From contig NC_086109.1 of the NCBI RefSeq assembly GCF_963921235.1, positions 13,642,001 to 13,706,000 of the forward strand: DNA of 64,000 nucleotides, written 5' to 3'. The first letter of the stretch is position 1, and each line of letters begins with the position of its first letter. The notes below the pieces were generated by a model that had not been told where the DNA came from, did not search any database, and worked only from the letters and a program-made list of their open reading frames with translations. Made by a program: the position numbers and the translations under genes. Source of the DNA: Mobula hypostoma (lineage: Eukaryota). Below are positions 50,695 through 61,165 of this stretch, in pieces.

Positions 50695-51328
50695 TGTCAC
50701 AACCATAGATTCGGCTTTGCAGTAGATACAGCAATTGCACTTGTGAATATGCATCTGTCAGTTAATTATTATTTCACTGTGATGGTATTTAACTCCATAC
50801 TTGTTGTTGTAGGGCTTGTCGAGACTTGGACACAGACACAGCAACACTTCGCTGCTTGCTTGCATTCCGCCTTGCCTGAGAAATTGGACTGTCGAGTCAA
50901 CTGACTCTGAGGACTAGAGGTACTGTATTCATTTTATTGTTAGTTGTTCTTTTCAGTCGCAATGTAGGCTATGCTTTTCATTAGAGAGTTTTAGTTAACG
51001 GCCCTGTTTGGCCTGGAGTTTATTGTTTTCTTTTCCCTTTAACATTGTTCGCATTAAAGTCTGTGAACTATCAACCTGCTTCAGTGTTTCTCACTCCACA
51101 CTTGGGCCACGTCCGCACCAGGTGACAAAAATGGACCCAGCAGACAGAGAGAGAGCAGCTGACCTTGGCCGTGAGATTCATTGGTCACAGTGATTCGTCA
51201 AGGCAACAATGTTCCGTTGGAATTCCTATGTATAAACGCTTGTTTCTGTCTCCATCGTGCAGAAGGATCTTGCCAAGCACGAACACAATTGCCACATCTA
51301 CTGCGATACCAAATCCGTGGTTGTGACA
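50695..51328. mobile_element. LTR-like element with inverted ~43-bp termini
   Basis: TGTCACAACCA..GCAGTAGAT..GCAATTG at the left and its reverse complement at the right. Internal LTR-like end GGTGACA at 51127. Flanks GAACC / AAACC. Confidence 0.65.
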
Positions 51329-51528
51329 AAACCAGCTCCAACTACTTCTGCCGGCAGCTCCTTCCACACTCCCACCATCCTCTGAGTGAAGAAGTTCCCC
51401 TTCATGTTTCCCTTAAACATTTCACCTTTCACCCGTAACCCATAATCTCTAGTTCGGGTCTCCCCCAACCTCAGTGGAAAAAGCCTGCTTGCATTTACCC
51501 TATTTATTCTGCTCATTATCGTGTAGAC

Positions 51529-52654
51529 CAGTGGTCCCCAACCTCCGGGCCACCGACCGATACCAGGCCACGAAGCATGCAGGGGTGCAGTGGTAGCCGG
51601 AGCGTACCCAGCACATCTTTAAGAAAAAACATAGAACATAGAACAGTACAGGCCCTTCGGCTCACAATGTTGTACCAACCCTTAAACCCTGCTTCCCATA
51701 TAACCCCCCACCTTAAATTCCTCCATATACCTGTCTAGTAGTCTCTTAAATTTCACTAGTGTATCTGCCTCTACCACTGACTCAGGCAGTGCATTCCACG
51801 CACCAACCACTCTCTGAGTAAAAAACCTTCCTCTAATATCCCCCTTGAACTTCTCACCCTTTACCTTAAAGCCATGTCCCCTTGTATTGAGCAGTGGTGC
51901 CCCCTGGGGAAGAGGCACTGGCTGTCCACTCTATCTATTCCTCTTAATATCTTGTATACTTCTATCATGTCTCCTCTCATCCTCCTCCTCTCCAGAGAGT
52001 AAAGCCCTAGCTCCCTTAATCTCTGATCATAATGCATACTCACTAAACCAGGCAGCATCCTGGTAAATCTCCTCTGTACCCTTTCCAATGCTTCTACACC
52101 CTTCCTATAGTGAGGCGACCAGAAATGGACACAAAAAAAAGCCGAAATAAACAAGCTAATTAATTAGGTGCCGTCCAGAAGCCAGTCTTCATTAGAGGAA
52201 CTGAGGTGGAGAGGGTCAATAACTTTAAATTCTTTGGCATTAAGGATCGACGTTTCTCTCTCTGAAAAGTGTCAGAGGATCTGTCCTGGGACCAGCACGT
52301 AACTGTCATTACAAAGAAAGCACGGCAGCTCCTATACTTTATTAGAAGTTTGTGTAGATTCAACATGTCACCTCGATCTTGACAGCCCTGTCTTTTCAGC
52401 CTGTCTGGGCTGGTATTTAAATTGACCAAACAACGGAACAGGTAAAGGCTCCAGCACCCTGGAAAGAGCAGTGAACATCGCGTAGACCAAGTGAAGTCGG
52501 CAATCGCCTCTGATCTGGGCTGACATTTATGGGCACGGCAGCACCTAATTAATTAGCTTGTTTATTTCGGCTTTTTTCTTAAAGATGTGCTGGGTGCGCT
52601 CCGGCCACCGCTGCACCCCTGCATGCTTTGCGGCCCGGAGGTTGGGGACCACTG
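51529..52654. mobile_element. hAT/Charlie-type palindromic MITE containing a CR1 3' fragment (~51628-52132, -)
   Basis: TIRs CAGTGGTCCCCAACCTCCGGGCC / GGCCCGGAGGTTGGGGACCACTG. 8-bp TSD GTG(T/C)AGAC. Confidence 0.85.
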
Positions 52655-52662
52655 GTGCAGAC

Positions 52663-54120
52663 CTCTGTCAAATCTCCCCTCAATCGTCTATGTTCTAGGG
52701 AATAAACTCCTAACGTGTTCAGCCTCTCCCTATAACTCAGGTCATCAAGCCCTGGCAAGATCCTTGTAGATTTTATCTGCACTCTTTCAATCTTATTTAC
52801 ATCATTCCTGTTGTACGTGGCCAAAACTGCACACAATATGTACTTCAAATTAGGCCTCACCAACATCTTATACAATTTCAACAGAACATCCCATCTCCTG
52901 TACTCAATATGTAGATTTATGAAGGCCATTGTGCCAAAAGCTTTCTTTATGACCCTATCTATCTGTGATACAACTTTCAAGGGATTATGGATAGTATTCC
53001 CAGATCCCTCTGTTTTACCACACTCCTCAGCGCCCTAGCACCCACTGTTTAAGTCCTACCCTGGTTTGTCATCCAAAAGTGCCACATCTCACACTGGTCT
53101 GCATTAAGTTCCATCTGCCATTTCTCAACCCGTTTTTCCAGCTGGTCCAGATATTGCAGCCAGCTTTGACAGCCTTCCTCACTGTCCCTTATGCTCCCAA
53201 TCTTGTCATCCGCATATTTGCTGATTCAGTTAACCACATTGACATCCAAATCACTGATATAGATGACAAATAACAACGGACCCAGCACCGCACCCTGCGG
53301 CACACCGCTAGTCAACGGCCTCCAGTTAGAGCCAACCAGCTACTATTACTCCCTGGCTTCTCCCGTGAAGTCAATGTCTAATCCACTTTACTACCTCATC
53401 CTGAATGCTAAGCAACCGAACCTTCTTGACCAATGTCCCAGGTGGGTCCTTGTGGAAGGCTATGTAGACAACACCCACTGCCTTGCTTTTATCAACTTTC
53501 CTGGTAACTTCCTTGAAAAACTCTATAAGATTGGATAGACAGGACCTACCACACACAAAGCCACGTTGACTATCTATAAACAGTCCCTGTCTATCCAAAT
53601 ACTCATAGAATGCCATCCAATAACTTTCCCACTATTGATGTCAGGCTCACTGGCCTACAATATCCCATCTTATTTTTAGAGCTTTTCTTAAACAATAGAG
53701 GTACACTAGCTATCCTATGATCCTCCATCACCCCACCCATGGCTAATGATAGTCTCTGCTAGGGCCGCTGCAGTTTCTGCACCAGCCTTCTACTGCGTCC
53801 AAGGGCACGCCTTGTCAGGCCCTGGGGATTTACCCACCCTAATTTGCCTCAAGTGAGCAAACACCTCCTCCTCTGTAATATGCATATGACCTGTGACCTC
53901 TCTGCTGCTGTGCCTCAGTTCGATAGAGTCCGTATCCATCTCCCAAGTAAACACATATGCAAAAAAATCCATTTGAGATCTCCCTCATCTCTTTCAACTC
54001 CACGTATGGATGACCACTCTGATCTTCCAGATGACTAATTTTGTCTCTTGCAATCCTTTTGCTCTTGATATACCTAATCCCCTTGGGATTCTCCTTTACC
54101 TCGCCTTCTTTTAGCCTTCC
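52663..54120 (-). mobile_element. Decayed CR1 ORF2; its 3' portions lie at ~51335-51520 and ~50530-50690
   Basis: GRSCLSNLIEFF, VRPNLKY and KSPGPD motifs. Split by the MITE and the LTR-like element. Confidence 0.8.
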
Positions 54121-54357
54121 GAACGTACCTCCTAAGTGTTCCCTTGCATCCCTTATACTCCTCACGTCCTGGAGTTAGAGGACTGGGTGGATGAAAGGGG
54201 CTTGTTTGGCCGTTGTTTTGTCGTTTGTCACGTTCTGTATTGTTCTGCCGAGCATGGTGAGCAAGCTACGTTGGCATTGGAATACGTGGCAACACTTGCA
54301 GGCTGCCCCCGATACACTCATCCCTAGGTGTGTTGATTGTAAACAGAAACAAATATA

Positions 54358-54714
54358 CGAGCGGTGATTGATAAGTTCGTGGCCTAGGGTAGAAGGAGTC
54401 AATTTTAGAAAACGTAGCACATTTATTTTTCAAGATAGTCCCCTCCTACATTTGCACACTTAGTCTAGCGGTCATGGAGCATGCGGATCGCTTCTTTGTA
54501 GAAGTCTGCGTCTTGGACCTCCAGAAAGTGGTTCACAGCCGGGGGGCGGGGGGGGATGATTTATAAGTTCGTGGCCAAAGGTAGAAGGAGATGAGTTATT
54601 AACTTCAAACCTTCTGCATAATCACTCAAAGAGTTGACCTGCACGTGCATGTAACGAGAGCTGTATAACTCATCTCCTTCTACCTTAGGCCACGAACTTA
54701 TCAACTACCCCTCC
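54358..54714. mobile_element. mariner-like MITE with an extra internal TIR copy
   Basis: TA-CGAGCGGTGATTGATAAGTTCGTGGCCTAGGGTAGAAGGAG, its reverse complement at the right end, and a third copy at ~54553-54592. Confidence 0.7.
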
Positions 54715-54908
54715 TGTGTTTCAATGTACTGTACATGTGACAAATAAATCTGAATCTGAAATGATAGGCAACTGGGGCACTCCTGAACACAGATGCCTCA
54801 CAAAAATTAATCATCTGATCAATATTTGTTTTTTCCAATGTCGAGATGGCATGGAGTTTCATCAATCTGTTGGGCCCAGGGTAGATCGTCAGAGATGTTG
54901 ACAGCCAG

Positions 54909-57735
54909 GAAACCATAGAAACCATAGAAACTACAGCACAGAAACAGGCCTTTTGGCCCGTCTTGGCTGTGCCGAACCATTTTCTGCCCAGTCCCACTGA
55001 CCTGCACACGGACCATATCCCTCCATACACCTCCCATCCATGTATCTATCCAATTTATTCTTAAATGTTAAAAAAGAACCCGCATTTACCACCTCGTCTG
55101 GCAGCTCATTCCATACTCCCACCACTCTCTGTGTGAAGAAGCCTCCCCCAATGTTCCCTTTAAACTTTTCCCCCCTCACCCTTGACCCATGTCCTCTGGT
55201 TTTATTCTCCCCTTGCCTCAGTGGAAAAAGCCTGCTTGCATTCATTCTATCTATACTCATCATAATTTTATACACCTCTATCAAATCTCCCCTCATTCTT
55301 CTACGCTCCAGGGAATAAAGTCCTAACCTATTCAACCTTTCTCTGTAACTGAGTTTCTCAAGTCCCAGCAACATCCTCGTAAACCTTCTCTGTGCTCTTT
55401 CAACCTTATTAATATCCTTCCTGTAATTTGGTGACCAAAACTGAACACAATACTCCAGATTCGGCCTCACCAATGCCTTATACAACCTCATCATAACATT
55501 CCAGCTCTTATACTCAATACTTTGATTAATAAAAGCCAATGTACCAAAAGCTCTCTTTACGACCCTATCTACCTGTGACACCACTTTTAGGGAATTTTGT
55601 ATCTGTATTCCCAGATCCCTCTGTTCTACTGCACTCTTCAGTGCCTTACCATTTACCCTGTATGTTCTACCTTGGTTTATCCTTTCAAAGTGCAATACCT
55701 CACACTCGTCTGTATTAAACTCCATCTGCCTTTTTACAGCCCATTTTTCCAGCTGGTCCAAGTCCCTCTGCAGGCTCTGAAAACCTTCCTCACTGTCCAC
55801 TACACCTCCAATCTTTGTATCATCAGCAAATTTGCTGATCCAATTTACCACATTATCATCCAGATCATTGATATAGATGACAAATAACAATGGACCCAGC
55901 ACTGATCGCTGTAGCACACCACTAGTCACAGGCCTCCACTCAGAGAAGCAATTCTCTACTACCACTCTTTGGCTTCTTCCATTGAGCCAATGTCTAATCC
56001 AATTTACCACCTCTCCATGTATACCTAGCGATTGAATTTTCCTAACTAACCTCCCATGCAGGACCTTGTCAAAGGCCTTACTGAAGTCCATGTAGACAAC
56101 ATTCACTGCCTTCCCTTCATCCACTTTCCTGGTAACCTCCTAGAAAAACTCCAATAGATTGGTCAAACATGACCTACCACGCACAAAGCCATGTTGGCTC
56201 TCCCTAATAAGTCCCTGTCTATCCAAATGCTTGTAGATTCTGTCTCTTAGTACTCCCTCCAATAACTTTCCCACTACTGACGTCAAATTTACCGGCCTAT
56301 AATTTCCCGGATTACTTTTCGATCCTTTTTTAAACAACGGAACAACATGAGCCATTCTCCAATCCTCTGGCACCTCACCCGTAGACACCGACATTTTAAA
56401 TATATCTGCCAGGGCCCCTGCAATTTCAACACTAGTCTCCTTCAAGGTCCGAGGGAATATCCTGTCAGGTCCTGGGGATTTATCCACTTTAATTTGCCTC
56501 AAGATAGCAAGCACCTCCCCCTTTTCAATCTGTACAGTTTCCATGATCTACTTGTTTCCCTTAATTCCATAGACTTCATGCCAGTTTCCTTAGTAAATAC
56601 AGACACAAAAAACCCGTTTAAGATCTCCCCCATTTCTTTTGGTTCCGCACATAGCCGACCACTCTGATCTTCAAGAGGACCAATTTTATCCCTTACAATC
56701 TTTTTACTCTTAATATACCTGTAAAAGCTCTTTGGATTATCCTTCACTTTGACTGTCAAGGCAACCTCATGTCTTCTTTTAGTCCTCCTGATTTCCTTCT
56801 TAAGTATTTTCTTCCACTTTTTATACTCCTCAAGCACCTTATTTACTCCCTGTTTCCTATACATGTCATACAAATCTCTCTTCTTTTTTTTTATCAGAGT
56901 TGCAATATCCTTTGAGAACCAAGATTCCTTATTCCTATTCACTTTGCCTTTAATCCTGACAGGAACATACAAGCTCTACATTCTCAAAATTTCTCCTTTG
57001 AAGGCTTCCCACCTACCAATCACATCCTTGCCTGTCCCAATCCACGCTTTTTAGATCCTTTCTCATTTCTTCAAATTTGGCCTTCTTCCAGTTCAGAACC
57101 TCAACCCTAGGACCAGATCTATCCTTGTCCATGATCAAGTTGAAACTAATGGTGTTATGGTCACTGGAACCAAAGTGCTCCCCTACACACACTTCCATCA
57201 CTTGTCCTAACTCGTTTCCGAACGAGAGATCCAATTTTGCATCCCCTCTAGTTAGTACGTCTATATATTGATTTAGAAAACTTTCCTGAACGCATTTTAC
57301 AAACTCTAAACCATCTAGGCCCCTAACAGTATGGGAGTCCCAATCAATATGTGGAAAATTAAAATCCCCTACCACCACAACGTTATGTTTCCTGCAGTTG
57401 CCTGCTATCTCTCTGCAGATCTGCTCCTCCAGTTCTCGCTGACTATTGGGTGGTCCAATACAACCCCACTAATGTGGCCATACCTTTCCTGTTTCTCAGC
57501 TCCACCCATAGAGACTCAGTAGACAAGGCCTCTAATCTGTTATGCCTGAGCACTGCTGTAACATTTTCCCTGACAAGCAATACTACCCCCCCCCCACCTT
57601 TCATTCCTCTGCCTCTATCACATCTGAAGAATCGGAACCCTGGAATATTAAGCTGCCAGTCCTGCCCCTCCTGTAGCCAAGTTTCACTTATTGCTATAAC
57701 GTCATAATTCCACGTGTCAATCCACACCCTCAACT
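54909..57735 (-). mobile_element. Young CR1 LINE with near-complete ORF2 (APE endonuclease plus RT), few frameshifts or stops
   Basis: DVIAISETWL, VVGDFNFPHIDW, SDHN (EN). NYRPVNLTS, YMDFSKAFDKV, KFADD (RT). (tctatggt)n tail. Confidence 0.93.
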
Positions 57736-58261
57736 CAAACAGAGGAACTTGAAACTCTCCCAATCAGCAATATGAATATAATAGTTTATTTTTTAAATAA
57801 TATTGTCTGAGGAGAAACTATGGCTCAGGATACCCTTGGTATCTACTCAGCTCATTTTTGGGAAAAATAGTCCTTCGATTTGAGAAGTTTGATCGAAGCA
57901 CCTGTCCAACTGTCCTTTAAAAGTTGTTATAGTACCTGGCTCAAACACAGCGCATTCCACATTGATACCAACCTTTATGTAAAAAGTTGCCCCTCAATTT
58001 TATGTTAAATCATTCCCCTCGAACCTTTAACCTATGTATGGCGTTTTAGCCTTCGTCCCCCAATCCGGCGAAAAAGACCAAATGCACTTAATCTATGTCC
58101 CTTAAGATTTGGTATTATTGGCTTAAATATAGAAAATAGAGTGAAAATTGATGAATCTTTGCAAATTTAAAGAAGTAATACAATTCACTATTTCGACGCG
58201 ACACTGAAGAAACAAAGAAATTCTATGAATTCTGTATCAGCAGGAGTGCGTTCAATGTAGC

Positions 58262-58266
58262 AAAAA
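58262..58266 (-). terminator. Pol III terminator (T5) of tRNA-Lys
   Basis: TTTTT on the minus strand 5 nt downstream of the tRNA 3' end. Confidence 0.8.
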
Positions 58267-58271
58267 GCTAA

Positions 58272-58344
58272 CGCCCGAACAGGGACTTGAACCCTGGACC
58301 CTCAGATTAAAAGTCTGATGCTCTACCGACTGAGCTATCCGGGC
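58272..58344 (-). tRNA. tRNA-Lys (anticodon UUU)
   Basis: Minus strand GCCCGGATAGCTCAGTCGGTAGAGCATCAGACTTTTAATCTGAGGGTCCAGGGTTCAAGTCCCTGTTCGGGCG: 73 nt, perfect cloverleaf, matches the vertebrate tRNA-Lys3 sequence as I recall it. Confidence 0.97.
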
Positions 58345-58514
58345 CCTGAGAAAACTATTTGTCCATGATCTATTAAAGGCTGTGGCTGCTGATAAATACG
58401 GTATTTGATTTAGATTTTTTTAAATCAAAAAGCAAAATGTGCAACCACATTGTTTATACAGAGAACCTATTCACAATACACTGGTACAGTTCTAAAGAAA
58501 CATTATCTGCAATA

Positions 58515-58925
58515 ATCCGTCGCAGGGACAGAAGCAGAACATTATGCTGTGACCAATTGGTGGCCGCCATCTTTCTGACAGGAAGTCGTCAACCACTTCC
58601 GGCGAGTGCCATTTTTGTTGCTGGCAGGCGGCGGTACGGTCGACGGCAGCAGGGAAGCAAAATAGTCGGGGTATTTATAAGCGGTGGAGTGCCGGGTTCT
58701 GTTCGTTCTTTGGTACTGGTTTTCTTACCGTCAGTAGATCGCTGGTTGGGACTGGTGCGGGGTTGTAGGCTGCGCGGGGGTGGGCGGTTGGGTAGGCTGC
58801 TTGGTTTCGGTGGCCTGTGCTCCGGCTGGGCCGCGGAGCCTGGGCACTCGCGTAAAGAGGGTGCGGGCGCTGAACGCTGCCTGGGAGTTCCATATCTGCG
58901 CAGTAGCCATGACCCGCGCGGCCTT
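58515..58925 (+). promoter_or_regulatory. CpG-island Pol II promoter and probable non-coding first exon of an unidentified gene
   Basis: CCAAT/ATTGG 58553-60, YY1 GCCGCCATCTT 58563-73, ETS CAGGAAGT 58579-86 and CACTTCCGG 58594-602, YY1-type initiator GCCATTTT 58608-15. CpG-rich, G/T-skewed downstream. Possible donor GG|GTATTT at 58670/1. Confidence 0.75.
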
Positions 58926-58934
58926 AATATTTGA

Positions 58935-60503
58935 CAGTATTGTGCAAAAGTCTGTATATTTTTTAATATAAATTTGCTTTTAGATTATTTTCTTTGTTCG
59001 TTAATGTGTCGATAGATAAGAGCAAATTTTAGATTTCAAAACATTAATTTTCCAAAAGAATTAAATGTTAAAGTCTTTTTGTATTCCGTTAAAGAAAGTA
59101 ACATTAAATAATAGACCACATTTACGAATCAAAACTGATTACTTTGTAGATATATATGGTCCTGTTCCTGATTAAACAAGCAGGTTTTAATGATCAGTGC
59201 ATGATGATTTGAATGAACTTAACTGAAACCGAAGCGGTAGTAGAAGGAATCAAACTGAGCAAAGGAAAACCAAACTAAAAGGTGAGGGTGTAGCAAATAT
59301 GATAGTTTAACCTTCAAAACGTCAATTCTTACACCATGGCAAGAGTGAGCATGGAAACAAGGCATAGGGTGATTGTCCTGCATCAGCAAGGTCTCTCCCA
59401 AATAAAAATTTCACAGCAGACAGGAGTTTCAAGATGTGCTGTCCAAGCTCTCCTGAAGAAGCACAAAGAAACGGGCAGGGTTGAGGACCAGAAACGCAGT
59501 GGCCGGCCACGGAAACTGAGTACAACAGAATCGGTGTATATCAAACTAACTTCCCTTCTAAATCTGACGAAGTCCAGTACTGCTATCAGCTCAGAACTCA
59601 CAGAAACTACTGGAACTCAAGTACACCCCTCTACAGTCCGGAGAAGTCTTGTCAGAAGTGGTCTTCCTGGAAGAGTTGCTGCCAAAAAGCCATTCCTCCA
59701 AAGTGAAAATAAAGCCAAGAGACTCACCTACGCACAAAAACACAAGGACTGGGGTGCTGAGCAATGGCAGCAAGTGCTCTGGACTGACGAGTCAAAATTT
59801 GACACTTTTGGCTCAAGCAGGAGGCAGTTTGGCCGCAGAAGAGCTGAAAATCGCTACATGGATGAGTGTCCACAGCCAACAGTGCAGCATGGCGGAGATT
59901 CCCTGCAGGTTTGGGGCTGCATTTCTGCAAATGGAGTTGGTGATCTGGTCAGAGTTAATGGGATCCTCAACGCAGAGAAGTACAAACACATCCTCATCCA
60001 TCACGCAATACCATCAGGGTGGCGTCTGATTGGTCCCAACTTCATTCTGCAGCAGTACAATGACCCCAAACACACGGCCAACATCATAAAGAACTACCTT
60101 CAACGAAAAGAAGAACAAGGAGTTCTGCAACAGATGGTATGGCCTCCACAGAGCCCTGATCTCAACATTATTGAGGCTGTCTGGGATTACCTGGAGAGAC
60201 AGAAGCAGGCGAGACAGCCAAAGTCTGCAGAAGAACTGTGGCAAGTTCTCCAAGATGCTTGGAACAATCTACCAGCCGATTTTCTTATAAAACTGCATGA
60301 CAGTGTACCTAAGAGAATTGACGCAGTTTTAAAAGCAAACGGTGGTTACACCAAAATTGATTTGATTTAGTTTTTTTTTAAATGTTCACTGCCCTTTGTA
60401 GTAAATTTTTTGATATTTAGAAACTTTTCATTTCATTACTTTTGAAAGCATCTTAGCTTCAGAGAATTTTTTTAAACATGCCTAAGACTTTTGCACAGTA
60501 CTG
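58935..60503 (+). mobile_element. Full-length Tc1-superfamily transposon, DD38E (Intruder-like) spacing
   Basis: TIRs CAGTATTGTGCAAAAGTCT / AGACTTTTGCACAGTACTG. TA on the right flank, GA on the left. Confidence 0.9.
59336..60370 (+). CDS. Tc1-like transposase, 344 aa, open but probably catalytically dead
   Basis: Paired-like HTH, GRPRK, WTDESKF, VWGC, QQYNDPKH (canonical QQDND), SPDLNIIE with 38 residues between the second D position and E. C-terminal TKY apparently frameshifted to TKIDLI. Confidence 0.8.
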   Translation: MARVSMETRHRVIVLHQQGLSQIKISQQTGVSRCAVQALLKKHKETGRVEDQKRSGRPRKLSTTESVYIKLTSLLNLTKSSTAISSELTETTGTQVHPSTVRRSLVRSGLPGRVAAKKPFLQSENKAKRLTYAQKHKDWGAEQWQQVLWTDESKFDTFGSSRRQFGRRRAENRYMDECPQPTVQHGGDSLQVWGCISANGVGDLVRVNGILNAEKYKHILIHHAIPSGWRLIGPNFILQQYNDPKHTANIIKNYLQRKEEQGVLQQMVWPPQSPDLNIIEAVWDYLERQKQARQPKSAEELWQVLQDAWNNLPADFLIKLHDSVPKRIDAVLKANGGYTKIDLI

Positions 60504-61079
60504 TATTTTTTTAATATTTGTAAAATTCTTCCCCATCCCCCCCCCCCACCCTCGGTAATTTGTTTTCCCCTGAGGCTTTTTATTGGGGTTTAGTCCCACA
60601 TCCGGGACCATTCAGCAGTCACCCACCCCTACGCATTCATGTCAACTCCCATAAGGAGGGGACTGGAGCAACATTTCATTAATCTTTCTGTTGACCTTTT
60701 AACTGCTGAGTTCCTGTTACAGTTTACAGGAGTTTAATTCTTGAACTCTGAGGTGATGGAGGTTCTCCCCCTCCTTTGTTCAGTGGAACCCCCTCAAGGG
60801 CTGGAGTTAGTTACTGTGGCAACCTGATTGTTTGGAAGCCTGGTGACAGCCTGAGATTCAAGAAGGCCAGTTTGGGGTGGTTGCCATTCTTGTTCTGAGA
60901 TGTGTATTAAGACAACATAACCGCTGTGGAAGGCAGTTCTTCCCCCCCCCCCCCCCCGTGGCATACAAGTTATTTCCAATCAAGTTAATCGTTGAGCAAT
61001 TTTTTTGGTGAAATCTGAAATGGGTGTGTAATAATCTAGCTGATAAGAACAAGTGGTGTTTCAAATTGACCAACTAGTT

Positions 61080-61165
61080 CAGGGGCTCCCATCCTGGGAT
61101 CTATGGACCCCCTCACCTCGGTTAATGGTAAGGCTCCATGACATAATAAAGGTTGGGAACCCCTG
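61080..61165. mobile_element. 86-bp hAT-type MITE (same family as 14013-14093)
   Basis: CAGGGGCTCCCATCCT / AGGTTGGGAACCCCTG termini and a similar interior. Confidence 0.65.

Noticed and set aside
41365..55520. Near-identical inverted ~600-bp pair 13 kb apart as ends of a large composite element
   Set aside because: Both are 3' ends of the same young CR1 family, each with its own tail.
58437..58934. 165-aa ORF over the CpG island
   Set aside because: Low-complexity Gly/Arg product of GC-rich promoter DNA, with no domain. It starts upstream of the likely TSS.
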